DNA of 63,655 nt from Octopus bimaculoides (lineage: Eukaryota), in assembly GCF_001194135.2 (NCBI RefSeq), contig NC_068991.1, positions 49,063,295 through 49,126,949 on the forward strand, written 5' to 3'. Below are positions 1 to 13,810 of the stretch, one piece after another. A program made the translations under genes and the position numbers. Numbering within the stretch: the first letter of the stretch is position 1; each line of letters starts with the position of its first letter. Under the pieces are notes generated by a model. That model ran no database searches, had not been told where the DNA came from, and saw nothing but the letters and a program-made list of their open reading frames with translations.

Positions 1-245
1 TATCAGATTAGACAAATGTTGATGCACAATTTTGCATTATGTTCAGAGTAGCTTCTGGAATGTGCTGAATTGCTGCAGTCTGTTGCTGTCAATTTAAACC
101 GGTTGCTTTCTTTCCCCAGCAAACTCTCGTCTTTGGATCATAATCTATGTATATATTAAACAGAACAACAAAAGTTATAATAGATGGTAGGGTCGGTAAT
201 TTTCACATTTCTGTAATTTTTCAGATTAACACCCACACGATTACC

Positions 246-440
246 CAACCCTAACCCTAAAGAAATAAACCTAACCCTAACACTAACCCTAACACTAACC
301 CTAAACCCTAACCCTAACCTTAAAACCCTAATCCTAACCCTAAAAGCGTAACCGTAACACTAACTTAATCCTAACCCTAAACCCTAACCCTAAACGTAAC
401 CCTAAAACCCTAACCCTGACCCTAAAACCTTAACCCTAAC
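246..440 (-). repeat. Degenerate interstitial telomere-like (TTAGGG)n tract
   Basis: About 30 imperfect CCCTAA/ACCCTA units on +, with a short second patch at 751-770. Confidence 0.85.
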
Positions 441-687
441 ACCTTAGTGAAAATCGTGGTATATTTACCAAACATTGACGAACATGAGTTATATTGTAGT
501 TAATGATTGTGTGTACAGGTAAAAGGAAAGAAATATAAAATTTGCTAGAAACAACAGCCAAATCTCCCTTAAATCACACAAAGTAAACGGAATTTTAAAA
601 ATTTTACATCAATGGAATTTTTTCGATGTGAACTTTCCAGTGCAGTAATTACGCGCTCAACATATAATATAGAGAGTAAGAGTAAAA

Positions 688-740
<53 letters not shown>

Positions 741-1781
741 TGATACATAAATCCTAACACTAACACCCTAGTGAAAATCGTGGTATATTTACCAAATATT
801 GACGAGCATGAGTTATATTGTAGTGAATGTTTTGTGAGAAAGAAGGGGGAGAGAGGAAGAGGGAGAGAGAAGGGAGAAAGGAATAGAGATGGTAGCAATG
901 AAGAGAAAGAGAGAACGGAAGACAGTTATAAAATAACAATGCATGCACGTGGTTATATAAGAAACACAGAAACTAAATCTTATATCTATAATGTTGATGT
1001 GTGTATGTGTATGTTGTTGTCACAGATCACGTATGTGTGGTTGTGTGTGTTTTTACGTATCTATATTATGAAAAATAGGTAAAAATACTGAGAGGAAAGT
1101 TTAATCTATGACTTTGTATGTATCACTCTCTCTCNNNNNNNNNNNNNNNNNNNNNNNNNNNNNNNNNNNNNNNNNNNNNNNNNNNNNNNNNNNNNNNNNN
1201 NNNNNNNNNNNNNNNNNNNNNNNNNNNNNNNNNNNNNNNNNNNNNNNNNNNNNNNNNNNNNNNNNNNNNNNNNNNNNNNNNNNNNNNNNNNNNNNNNNNN
1301 NNNNNNNNNNNNNNNNNNNNNNNNNNNNNNNNNNNNNNNNNNNNNNNNNNNNNNNNNNNNNNNNNNNNNNNNNNNNNNNNNNNNNNNNNNNNNNNNNNNN
1401 NNNNNNNNNNNNNNNNNNNNNNNNNNNNNNNNNNNNNNNNNNNNNNNNNNNNNNNNNNNNNNNNNNNNNNNNNNNNNNNNNNNNNNNNNNNNNNNNNNNN
1501 NNNNNNNNNNNNNNNNNNNNNNNNNNNNNNNNNNNNNNNNNNNNNNNNNNNNNNNNNNNNNNNNNNNNNNNNNNNNNNNNNNNNNNNNNNNNNNNNNNNN
1601 NNNNNNNNNNNNNNNNNNNNNNNNNNNNNNNNNNNNNNNNNNNNNNNNNNNNNNNNNNNNNNNNNNNNNNNNNNNNNNNNNNNNNNNNNNNNNNNNNNNN
1701 NNNNNNNNNNNNNNNNNNNNNNNNNNNNNNNNNNNNNNNNNNNNNNNNNNNNNNNNNNNNNNNNNNNNNNNNNNNNNNNNN

Positions 1782-1822
<41 letters not shown>

Positions 1823-2554
1823 TGGGGAAGGAATAATGTTCTGTATATGAGGAAATATCGTATTTAAAATATATAAATGTGTATATAAGTATATATGTAT
1901 GTATATATATGTCTATATGTATAGTTTTCGATATATCTATATATATATACATTAGTATATATATATATGTGTGTGCATTGATATATTTATGTGTAAGTGT
2001 GTATGTGTGCTTTAAAATATATACATGTGTGCATGTTAGTGTGTGTGTGTGTGTGTAAGCGTGAGGGCTGGATGGAAACTAAAACAATAAAATGTTTTAT
2101 ATTAGTATTATTTCGGTTTTGACGTATATACACAATTTATTTTTCTATGTCCGTATAGCGATGGATTCGTTTTTCGTTTTGTTTTACAAGTATCGATAAA
2201 TATATGTATGTGATTAAAGAAATAATGGGGTATATATGTAGATATAGCGTATTTATTTTATTTAATTTGTTGTTTTGACTCTTTGTTAGTATGTGGGACC
2301 TATAAACGGAAAAATAGTTATCTCCCCTGCAATCTAATAGTCAAATTTAAAATATGTAGTTTTGTATTTGTATAAAATGTCCTAACATAAAGGGATACAT
2401 GTGTGTATGAGTTGTATATGTAAGTTGTAAAAATAGATATATGTATGTATGTATNNNNNNNNNNNNNNNNNNNNNNNNNNNNNNNNNNNNNNNNNNNNNN
2501 NNNNNNNNNNNNNNNNNNNNNNNNNNNNNNNNNNNNNNNNNNNNNNNNNNNNNN

Positions 2555-2587
<33 letters not shown>

Positions 2588-3261
2588 GTATGTGTATATA
2601 TATTTATATGTATATGAATAACTAAACTTGTGCATGTGTATATGCATCTGTGTATACATAAGCGCGTGCGTGTGTATGTATGCATACATAAATGATAGGT
2701 GTATGTGTGTATATACAAGTATATATAAGTATGTGTATACATAAACGTCTGTATTGTGCAACTAAATCGGTTATAGAACGGAATAGTTATAAAGTTATGA
2801 ATTTACAAAATTTCAGTTAGATTATCTACTTATTTATGATTTAGAAATTATAAACATTTTCATTTGATATTTTTCGTAAAAAATTTAAGAAGATATATCA
2901 ATCTGATGAAGCATCATTACATATTTAAACGGGTTTGATTACTCTTGAAAAACTTCGTTTTATTAATGAAGCTGTAATTTATGAGATATGTCATTTGATT
3001 GTACAAAATATTTAAATTGAATTGAATTTATAATTGTTCAATTTATCGTTCAATTCATTGTTTTGCTTTTCCATTTCTGATTCATATATATGTGTGTGTA
3101 TGTTTGTGTGTATGTGTGAGTATGTGTATGCGGGCGTGTGTGAGTGTATGCATATATGTATATGCATATATTTGCATTTACATATATAAATGTGCGTGTA
3201 TACATATTTACGTTGGTATGTTTGTGTGCATAACACATACATACACATATGTGTGGGAGAT

Positions 3262-3296
<35 letters not shown>

Positions 3297-4653
3297 ATAC
3301 AACAAAGCAATCGGTAAATCATTTACAATTTGTATATCTAACAAGTATCTACTATCGCTGAGGAAATATAAGGTGTAAATAAATCACAAACGCTGAGGCA
3401 ATTAAATGTGAGGATCACAGTGGTAGTTTCGTATTTATTCATTCTTACCAGAAATCACTCCCAACAATCGTTATAAAGAAAATAGTTTTATTTGAAAAAA
3501 ATAAATTATTATGGCACAAATAAATTTAGATCTTTACGCAAGGTGAATGAATGGAATGTAATCTAAAATTTAAAAAATACATCAGCACTACATGTAAATT
3601 ATATATATATATATATATATATATNNNNNNNNNNNNNNNNNNNNNNNNNNNNNNNNNNNNNNNNNNNNNNNNNNNNNNNNNNNNNNNNNNNNNNNNNNNN
3701 NNNNNNNNNNNNNNNNNNNNNNNNNNNNNNNNNNNNNNNNNNNNNNNNNNNNNNNNNNNNNNNNNNNNNNNNNNNNNNNNNNNNNNNNNNNNNNNNNNNN
3801 NNNNNNNNNNNNNNNNNNNNNNNNNNNNNNNNNNNNNNNNNNNNNNNNNNNNNNNNNNNNNNNNNNNNNNNNNNNNNNNNNNNNNNNNNNNNNNNNNNNN
3901 NNNNNNNNNNNNNNNNNNNNNNNNNNNNNNNNNNNNNNNNNNNNNNNNNNNNNNNNNNNNNNNNNNNNNNNNNNNNNNNNNNNNNNNNNNNNNNNNNNNN
4001 NNNNNNNNNNNNNNNNNNNNNNNNNNNNNNNNNNNNNNNNNNNNNNNNNNNNNNNNNNNNNNNNNNNNNNNNNNNNNNNNNNNNNNNNNNNNNNNNNNNN
4101 NNNNNNNNNNNNNNNNNNNNNNNNNNNNNNNNNNNNNNNNNNNNNNNNNNNNNNNNNNNNNNNNNNNNNNNNNNNNNNNNNNNNNNNNNNNNNNNNNNNN
4201 NNNNNNNNNNNNNNNNNNNNNNNNNNNNNNNNNNNNNNNNNNNNNNNNNNNNNNNNNNNNNNNNNNNNNNNNNNNNNNNNNNNNNNNNNNNNNNNNNNNN
4301 NNNNNNNNNNNNNNNNNNNNNNNNNNNNNNNNNNNNNNNNNNNNNNNNNNNNNNNNNNNNNNNNNNNNNNNNNNNNNNNNNNNNNNNNNNNNNNNNNNNN
4401 NNNNNNNNNNNNNNNNNNNNNNNNACGCTCGCGCACACATGTCTATTATATGTAAACTATCTGTCTATTAGTATGTTTATTAGTATATGTCTATTAGTAT
4501 ATCGATTAAAGCACATTCACCGTTTGGGCTACTTGATGTCATCCACGGTTACGATATAATTTTCACTGGATCTACGCCAGCAAATCCACAGTGTTTGTTG
4601 AGTTTGTAATTGATGAAAGAAACGGAAGAAGGATTTGCGTTTCCTTCATAAAT

Positions 4654-4699
<46 letters not shown>

Positions 4700-4989
4700 C
4701 GCGCGCGCGAGTCTTTGTGTTTGTGTGTGAGTGTGTCTGTGTTTACATATATATATATGTGTGTGTATCTATATAGATAGATAGATAGATAGATAGATGC
4801 ATTCATTTATATGCGAGTACTCATGTCGTACATTACTAACGATCTTTTGGCGGTGTTTTCGTTAATTTCTTTGCAGTGCGTCGTGTTATGTGATTTTTAT
4901 TGGATGAGAATTTTATTTTAGTCAATTTCAGATAATATCAAGGTTTCTTTTTAGGCGAAAATATTTGTTTTAATATCTTTTTCTATTCT

Positions 4990-5190
4990 TAGGGCGACGA
5001 GCTGGCAGAATCGTTAGCAAGCGGAGCAAAATACTCTGTCTCTACGTTTTCAGTTTAAATGCCATCAAGGTCGACTTAGCTTTTTATCATTTTGACATCG
5101 ATAAAATAAATACCAGTAGATCACTGGGTCGATGTAATCTAATTTCCTCAGCCCCCGAATTTGCTGGTCTTCTGCCAAAATTTTGAAACC
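4990..5190 (+). mobile_element. SINE family B copy (head GGCGxxGAGCTGGCAGAATCGTTAGC, core GTCGACTTTGCCTTTCATCC)
   Basis: Sequence recurs more than 15 times in the window. Confidence 0.75.
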
Positions 5191-6689
5191 AGTGTATTTT
5201 CTATGATTGAATTTTATATCTAATGGTTATAAGTGTAAACTGATTTATTCTCACGTTGTAGGCAATTAATTCCTGGTAGTTAATGCAATTTGCTATTCCG
5301 TTGGTTTACATTTTGATCGTTTTAATCATCTCTTCATGTTTTATGTACGTTAATGAATAGTTTCATTACGATTTGGGTGTTTTAGTGAATTCTATATTAT
5401 TTATATCCTTTCAGGTAAAACATTCGTTTAAATATATTTTCTTTGGTAGATATTGATCTATACTAGTTCATTCCCATGTGGCGTTGTTTTAAGGCGATTG
5501 ACGTCTGATAGTAATATGTAATTTCGCTACTTAACGTTTGGTTTGTTTTAATTATGTTTACATGCTTAAAATATGTTACAGACTGTAGGGTAGCAATGTC
5601 TCTTGGTTTGTGTACTTTAATTAATCTATATGTTAGCAGTTGCAGTCCTAGATTGGTTATGCATTAAGTTTTTTTGTTTTGTTTTGTTTTTTGTACCTTT
5701 TCATGTTTTGGTAACGTGTTTTAGACTGTATTCAATAATTTTTGTTCAGTATGTTTAGTTCGCTAGTTCAATTTGAGATCTATAATTCTTGAGCGGATCA
5801 ATCCATTTTGAGAATATTTGTTTTCCATGAAGTATATTCGTTGCCATAAGTTTGAAACGATTTATTCTTGAGATTTATTGCTTATATTTGCAACAATAAG
5901 CATATGCAGACAAAATGAACATAGTGTGTTAATGTTTCGCTTCTGCATCATCTCTATCCCTAGGCAAGTTTATGTTTTTAATGTAGTTGATGCTGCTGGA
6001 TTGAATGTACAGCGCAAGTGTCGAAACGATAAGGATATCCGTTAGGCAGCTGATGACGTGTGTATAAGTTTAATGTAATGTGAATCTTTTCTCTTTTGCT
6101 TTCGTGAGTAGTCGTTTATTGAAATTTTAGCTCTTGTAGGTTTCATCTTGTTTAGAGGTTCTTAGTTTCTAGGTTTATAGTAGTTTTGTTGTTTATATTA
6201 AACCGGACAATGATATTGGGTAATTGTTTTAATTCTTATGTTGGTAATAACTCTGTAAGGGTTTCTATTTTATGACAATAGACAGCTACATGATACAGAA
6301 AAGAGACAACAAAACATCCAGACAGATGATACAAAAAAGGGACAAGAAAAAGCAACGAACGGGTCATTCGAAGTTTTCTTTCTTCAGTCGAGTTCCAAAT
6401 TATCTTTGCAATTTCGGCTGGTTATACTCGAGATTGCTCTAATCTGGCCAGCCCCAAGGAAAAACTAAGCTATAGATAGATAGATAGATAGATATACACA
6501 TATGTATATATACATATTTATATACATATATACATATGTAGATATATATATATATATATATATATATANNNNNNNNNNNNNNNNNNNNNNNNNNNNNNNN
6601 NNNNNNNNNNNNNNNNNNNNNNNNNNNNNNNNNNNNNNNNNNNNNNNNNNNNNNNNNNNNNNNNNNNNNNNNNNNNATTTGTATACGTT

Positions 6690-7088
6690 TATACTATTTT
6701 ACTTACTTGTTTCAGTCATTTGACTGCGGCCATGATGGAGCACCGCCTTTAGTCCAGCAAATCGACCCCAGGACTTATTATTTATAAGCCTAGTACTTAT
6801 TCTATCGCGCTCCTTTGCAGAACCGCTAAGTTACGGGAACGTGAACACACCAGCATCGGTTGTCAAGCGATGGTGGAGGGACAAGCACAGACACACAAAC
6901 ACACATACATATACATATATATATATGCATATATACGACGGCTTCTTTCAGTTTCCGTCTACCAAATCCACTCATAAGGCTTTGGTCGGCCCGAGGCTAT
7001 AGTAGAAGACACTTGCCCAAGGTGCCACGCAGTGGGACTGAACCGGGATTCATGTGGCTGGTAAGCAAGCTACTTACCACACAGCCAC
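6690..7088 (-). mobile_element. SINE family A (tRNA-like head, GTTCAGTCCCACTGCGTGGCACC) plus family C 3' segment (GACTGAAACAAGTAAAAG)
   Basis: Reverse-complement match to the A/C repeats at 10240-10635, 24553-24935 and 57640-58070. Confidence 0.8.
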
Positions 7089-8004
7089 TATGTATATGGT
7101 GACTTTGTGTGTGTGAGTGAACATAGTTACGTACGTATGTATACGGTGTATATTAATGTATGCTGTGTATATTAATATTTTGTTCTCGTGTCTGAGCGTG
7201 ATCTACTTCATATGTATGTGAACGTATTGTATGTGTATGTGTGACGTGTTTGTATGTGTGTGCGCGCGCGTGTGTGCATGCGTGCGTGTGTTGGGTGCGC
7301 GCGTGCGCACCCGCGGGTACGCGTATACATCTTGCTATACGCAGAGAATAGAATATGTGTACTGATTATTATTGAGTTTCAATAACGATAGAAATAAGTT
7401 CGATAAAAAAATATTGGGAAACAGAACAAGTGACAAACAGGGCCAGAAAGCGTATGCACTTTATCTTAGAGCTGTGGAAGAAAAAGCATTGAAGTGATGG
7501 AAAGTTTAATAGGTTTCTGTGCATATATGTGTTCGTGCAATAGTGTGTATATGTGTGTGTGTGTATTCGTGAAGACAAAGATGTGGATCGATTGTTTTAC
7601 AAAAGATGACCTATGTGAAACAAAATGATAAACCGCACGTGCTTTACCGCTCCCTCCCATATTTGAAATACGTTGCAAACACACGCGCACATACATACAT
7701 ACATACATAAATACATACATACATAGTTATTATTCTTAAACAAGAATGCTATTGACAACATTCTTGTTTAAATTCCTTCTGTACAAAAGTATAGGGTGAA
7801 TGTATAATTCTTTTTACCAAAACTGAACATGAAAACAAACATTAATACGCACACTCAAACACGCTTTTATCTCTCTCTATATATATAAGGATATTATTGT
7901 TTATAATAATATCGGTGGCTTAGCATGCGTAAAAAGCCCATAAAGGTAAAAATTATCAATCAATAATTAAGGGTACTAAACAATAATATCCTGATATGTA
8001 TTCT

Positions 8005-8438
8005 TTTCTACTCTAGGCACAAGGCCCGAAATTTTGGGGGATGGGGACAGTCGATTAGATTGACACCAGTACGCAACTGCTACTTAATTTATCGACCCTG
8101 AAAGGATGAAAGGCAAAGTCGATCTCGGCGGAATTTGAACTCAGAACGTAAAGACAGACGAAATACTGCTAAGCATTTAGTATGCCTGGCGTGCTAAAGT
8201 TTCTTATTTCTTTATTGCCCACAATGGGCTACACACAGAGGGAACAAACAAGGACAGACAAACGGATTAAGTCGATTATATTGACCCCAGTGCGCAATTG
8301 GTACTTATTTAATCGACCCCGAAAGGATGAAAGGCAAAGTCGACCTCGGCGGAATTTGAACTCAGAACGTAGCGGTAGACGAAATACCTCTAAGTATTCC
8401 GCCCGGCGTGCTAAAGTTTCTACCAGCTCACCGCCTTA
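8005..8438 (-). mobile_element. Two tandem SINE family B copies, CpG-rich
   Basis: Two copies of CGACCCCGAAAGGATGAAAGGCAAAGTCGACCTCGGCGGAATTTGAACTCAGAACG. Confidence 0.85.
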
Positions 8439-8567
8439 ATATCCCCATATATACCTAAATATTTTTTATTCACTTCGATCGCCTTTTTAAATTTGCTACG
8501 GTATTAAAAACGGTCATTGCACACATTGGTGAAGATAAATAAGCTCTACAACCCTCGGGTCGGTATG

Positions 8568-8625
8568 ACTCGCTGAGGATGAACTAAGGGTATTTCTCAA
8601 AGTTCGAAATCACGATGCTACGAGT
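8568..8625 (+). ncRNA. Degenerate hammerhead-like motif, probably a Penelope pLTR relic
   Basis: ACTCG-CTGAGGA-T-GAACT[15 nt]AGTTC-GAAA-TCACGATGCTA-CGAGT; helices I and II are intact, helix III is imperfect. Confidence 0.45.
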
Positions 8626-8802
8626 ATGTCTAGATTTTTCAATTTTAGATTATTTTCGTTATTTTCGTTATTTTCATTTACGGGTCTTCGGGATTTTATT
8701 TATTTGTCCGCTTTCACCTGTGTGTTTAAGTGGAAACTTGTGGTTTAGTCATTTTGACTGCTATATCAGCATGCCGGTATTGCCTGTTTGTACCCATTAT
8801 AA

Positions 8803-8842
<40 letters not shown>

Positions 8843-8969
8843 GTATTTTTCTTGAATGTCAAATAAAATCACCTTGTTGTTCCCTCACCTGTCGCTCTCT
8901 TGTTTGTTTTATGTTTNNNNNNNNNNAAATTTAAATTTTGTAAAAGGTTTAATAAAAAATACCAACTAA

Positions 8970-9840
8970 TTAATCAATAATGTATTCACCCTTGTTGTTT
9001 ACAACGTCTTCCCAGCGTTCAACAAAACTTTTAATATCTCGTTGGTAGAAATCACCCGATTTCGACTCGAAAAATTGATCCAACTAAGCTCTCAATTCTG
9101 CATCAGTATTGAACGAAACTCCGCGCATAGCATTTGAAAGAGATCGAAAGAGGTGGAACTCCGTTGGTGCCAAATCAGTAGAGTACGGCGGGTGTGGCAG
9201 CACTTCCCAGCCATCCGTTTGAATGGCTTCCTTGGTCATATTGGCGATCTGAGGGCGGGCGTTGTTATGCAGCAGAACTCCATGCTGACGATTAGATCTT
9301 TTCACTTGAATATCCGTGTTGAGTCGTTCCATGTGTTGAACATAGAGTTCCGCGGTTGACCGTTTGGTTCCGTTCAAGCAATTCGTAATGCATAATCCCT
9401 TCCCAGTCCCACCATACGCACAACATCGTTTTACGCGCATGAAGATCTTGTTTCACGCGCGGTGTCGCTTGTTTAGGGGAGCTAAGTCATTCCTTACGCT
9501 GCTTCATACTGATGTACAGGCACCATTTTTCGTCGCCAGTAACGATTCGGTAAAGAAATCGTTGCTTGTGTCCATGGGTTGAGCGGTGGTGAGCAAGCAA
9601 GCCAGCGGAGATTATGGCTCGTTGATTTTTGTTGTTGTCACTTAAAGCATGCGGAACCCATGCTACATACTTCTGAACCTTTCCCATCGAATGAAGATGC
9701 TTCTCTGTAGCAGTGTGGTAGCATTCCATTTTCTCTGCCAGTTCCCTTGTCGTTTGACGAGAATTTCCGTGCAAAAGTTGGTTTAATCACTCTTCATCAA
9801 ACTCAACTGGACGGCCAGAACGAGGTGCGTCTTTGAGGTC
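8970..9840 (-). mobile_element. Mariner (DD34D) transposase pseudogene, 5' part lost in a gap
   Basis: PRSGRP, WVPHALS, IVTGDEKW, LLHNNARP, HPPYSTDLAPTEFHLFRSL, ERWEDVVNNKGEYIID*, with stops and frameshifts. Confidence 0.95.
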
Positions 9841-10239
9841 NNNNNNNNNNNNNNNNNNNNNNNNNNNNNNNNNNNNNNNNNNNNNNNNNNNNNNNNNNNN
9901 NNNNNNNNNNNNNNNNNNNNNNNNNNNNNNNNNNNNNNNNNNNNNNNNNNNNNNNNNNNNNNNNNNNNNNNNNNNNNNNNNNNNNNNNNNNNNNNNNNNN
10001 NNNNNNNNNNNNNNNNNNNNNNNNNNNNNNNNNNNNNNNNNNNNNNNNNNNNNNNNNNNNNNNNNNNNNNNNNNNNNNNNNNNNNNNNNNNNNNNNNNNN
10101 NNNNNNNNNNNNNNNNNNNNNNNNNNNNNNNNNNNNNNNNNNNNNNNNNNNNNNNNNNNNNNNNNNNNNNNNNNNNNNNNNNNNNNNNNNNNNNNNNNNN
10201 NNNNNNNNNNNNNNNNNNNNNNNNNNNNNNNNNNNNGGC

Positions 10240-10417
10240 AACCGATGTTGGTGTGTTTACGTCCCCGTAACTTAGTGGTTCGGCAACAGAGCCCGATAGA
10301 ATAAGTACTAGGTTTACAAAGAAGAAGTCCTGGAGTCGATTTGCTTGACCAAAGGCGGTGCTCCAGCATGGCTGCAGTCAAATGACTGAAACAATTAAAA
10401 GAATAAAGAACAAAAGA

Positions 10418-10469
<52 letters not shown>

Positions 10470-10635
10470 GCGCAGGTGTGGCTGTGTGGCAGCAAGCTTG
10501 CTTTTCAACGACATGGTTTGGGGTTCAGTCCCACTGCATGGGGCACTTTGGATAACTGTCATCTACTATCGGTTGGGGCCGACTAAACCCTTATGAGTGG
10601 ATTTAGAAGGCAGAAACAGAAAGAAGCCTGTCGTA
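10240..10635 (+). mobile_element. SINE family C segment, (GATA)n tract, then SINE family A
   Basis: Matches the other A/C copies in the window. Confidence 0.8.
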
Positions 10636-10866
10636 TATATGTATATATAGTTTTCATCATAACTGTCCGTCGAACAAAAATGTGAAACTCTGAGTAACAG
10701 TTTTGTGATAATTTTGGTGCTTTAATAAAATGCATATTACTCTACTTTTGGGTTTCGAGTACTATTTTTTCCACCTTGATTTGCACTTATGTGCTCGCCT
10801 GTGAGTATATACAAACATACATGCATACATACATACATACATACATACATACATACATACATACAC

Positions 10867-10897
<31 letters not shown>

Positions 10898-13451
10898 NNN
10901 NNNNNNNNNNNNNNNNNNNNNNNNNNNNNNNNNNNNNNNNNNNNNNNNNNNNNNNNNNNNNNNNNNNNNNNNNNNNNNNNNNNNNNNNNNNNNNNNNNNN
11001 NNNNNNNNNNNNNNNNNNNNNNNNNNNNNNNNNNNNNNNNNNNNNNNNNNNNNNNNNNNNNNNNNNNNNNNNNNNNNNNNNNNNNNNNNNNNNNNNNNNT
11101 ATATGTGGGTGTGTCTTTGTGTCTGTGTTTGTCCCCCACTGCCGCTGGTGAGTTTACGTCCTCGTAACTTAGTGGTTCGGCAAAAAAAAAACCGTTGAAA
11201 TAAGTACCAGACTTTAAAAGAAAATAATTACTGAGGTCGATATTTTCAACTAAAAATTCTTGAAGGTAGTATCCCAGGCTGACCGCAGTCTAATGACTGA
11301 AGCTCGTAAAAGATTAAAAAAATATCAAGAGAGTGAAAGAAAATAGGGAGAGGGCTTTCGTTAGCTAGAAACAAGGAGCCAGCTAGCTAGTTTCGATTTA
11401 GTTAATGACTCATCGGGAATAGCTTACATCACTTTTGAAACTTTCAGCAGGAAGTATTATAAGGTAACTTGCGAAAAACAGTAGACGAGTTTCTGACACA
11501 AATTTACATAATTGCAGAAAATTGAATAGCTGTTGTTGATAAAGAGACTAGCAGCACAACGTTGATTATGAATAAATATCTTTATTCATGAATCTGATCA
11601 ATAATTGCATGCTTTGTATCGCTAGATATAAATATGTGTGTATATGTCTGTTTTTGGCAAGCGTGGAGCAAGCTGTTAGACTGGATCATTATTAGTTCAA
11701 ATCTTAATACTCTAGTTAGTGTTTTTCTATTCTGAGCAAAGAACAATCTTTGCTCTGTTTTTCGCTAACAGGACATTGACTTCCACTGTTAAGTTACATA
11801 TTCAGCTGTTATTAATAGGAAGAACCTTCATTTAGTGATGTGGTAAGAAGCTTCCTTCCCAGGCACATGATTCCGGGTTCAATCCCACTAAATGGCACAT
11901 TGGTTAAGTGTCTTCTATCATAGCGTCGGGCTGATCAAAGCCCAGACCTTTTCTTTAGACCGGACACTCAATCTGAAAGGCCCGTCTGTTCTCATTCCCA
12001 TTATAACACGTTTTATCTTTTTCATTTTTGACATTGTTACTTTTCCCGGTCCAAATCAATTTTTTATGTTGCCAACTATTTCCCTTATACATATAGTATT
12101 GTTTTATATTGTAAATGCCAATTTTGTAATGTATTGTTAACAATTCAAACAGGTCTATACCTGCCAAAACATTGTAGTTCATTTAAAATCAGCCAGCCCC
12201 TCCCGCCACGACGTCCCCGCTTTCAGTTTTTTTTATTACCATACTCACCCTTTCATTACGCCACTACGTGAACAGCAACTTACTTTTTAACTAGATACCT
12301 CTTCTCCCATATAAATGAAAGAGATGAGTGATACGGTTGTGTGATTAAGAAGTTTTCTTTACCAGCATGTCGCTTTGAGTCCAATGCCAAGACACATCAC
12401 TTTGAGGAAGTGCATTTTATCATAATTTTGCGTGGGACCCTCCCTGTTTTGAAGTAGTAAACTTAAATCTGTCGCTCAGTTTAACATGATTACCAGACTA
12501 TTATTATATTTAAGATAAACAGTTGTGTGGGGGAGGGATGCACGTGTACTTGTGTATGTGTAAGTGTTTTCATCTACAAAATTCACTCGCAAGACGTTGG
12601 TCTGCCCGGGATAATATAATATAATATATTGAGTCCAGTGTGGAGCGAGTATTCAGATCATGTCACCGATGTAAGGATATCTTCCACCCTGATTTTTTTT
12701 CCTTTCAACTTTACTCCCAAAAGAGCCTAAACGATGATTTCTTTCTTTGACAAAGTCAGAAAAAGTATATTATTTTTACCCGAAGAGTCAAAATTCTTAA
12801 TGCAGTAATCGTGTTTTTTATATCTATATCTTACGATTTTAGTTTCCATGTTTGATAAGTGCCATTGCACGAAACACTTTGCCTTTGAGTCACTCTATAA
12901 CTTCTGCGTTTTTTTTTGTTGTTTTGTTTCTTTGCTGTTATATGCTATGTGTACTTCGCTTCTTTGCTTTATTGTATACTTTCATTTCTTATTATTTCGT
13001 TATATGTAAACCCCGACACTTTATGTCTGTCTTCGCCCTGGTGGCAAATACAAGAAATTATTATTATCAATCCTTCTTGGTTGAGTGGCATGGAACGTTT
13101 TTCTGGTATTCTTTTATTCTTTTACTTGTTTCAGTCATTTGACGGTGGCCATGCTGGAGCACCATCCTTTAGTCGAAGAAATCGACCCCTGGACCTATTC
13201 CCTGTAAGCCTGGTGCTTGTTCTATCAGTCTCTTCTGCTGAACAGCTAAATTCTAGGGACGCAAACGCACCAACATCGGTTGTCAAGTAATGGTGGTCGT
13301 GGTGGGACAAACACAGACACAAACAACCATACACACACACACATACACACAAGCACGCATGCACATACATACATACATACATACATACATACATACATGC
13401 ATACATACATACATACATACATGCAAACATACATACATACATACATACATA

Positions 13452-13810
13452 CATGTGTAGATACATATATACATCTTGGAGCTACAGGATACATACTAAC
13501 CCGTCTGGAGCAGAGATTGACTGAACTTGGGATTTTGATGAGAGAATGCAAATCTTTAATTCATATGCTACAAATGATCACGGTATCTGGGGCAATAAAA
13601 ATCTGCAAGATTTAAAAAGAAGATGGTTAAAACAAGATACTTCCCTTTACAACCTTGTTACCAAGTCGGTGATTGTCAAAATGTACTCTAAAATTATAAA
13701 GAGGAAAAGAACATACAAGACTAATCTGATGTTGTATAAATTCCAATGAAAGAGTCTTGTTTCTAGACTAGAGAGAGGTTCTTTCTTCCTTGGCTCAGAA
13801 ATTCAAAGAA
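13452..13810 (+). mobile_element. 3' end of an RLE-type non-LTR retrotransposon next to a (CATA)n tract
   Basis: LGATGYILTRLEQRLTELG...LQMITVSGAIKICKI* resembles the C-terminus at 44225-44550. It shares the 3' segment AAATTCCAATGAAAGAG with 44892. Confidence 0.6.

Noticed and set aside
1101-4471. Long ORFs spanning N gaps and TA/CA microsatellites (also at 9.8-11.2, 15.7-16.3, 26.9-27.5, 42.6-43.1 and 61.6-62.5 kb)
   Set aside because: They are open only because of N runs or dinucleotide repeats ([12 protein letters not shown] peptides)
6360-6480. Minus-strand CTGAAGA...CGAA motif in a dispersed repeat
   Set aside because: It reads GAAT rather than GAAA, and no helix I or III can be formed
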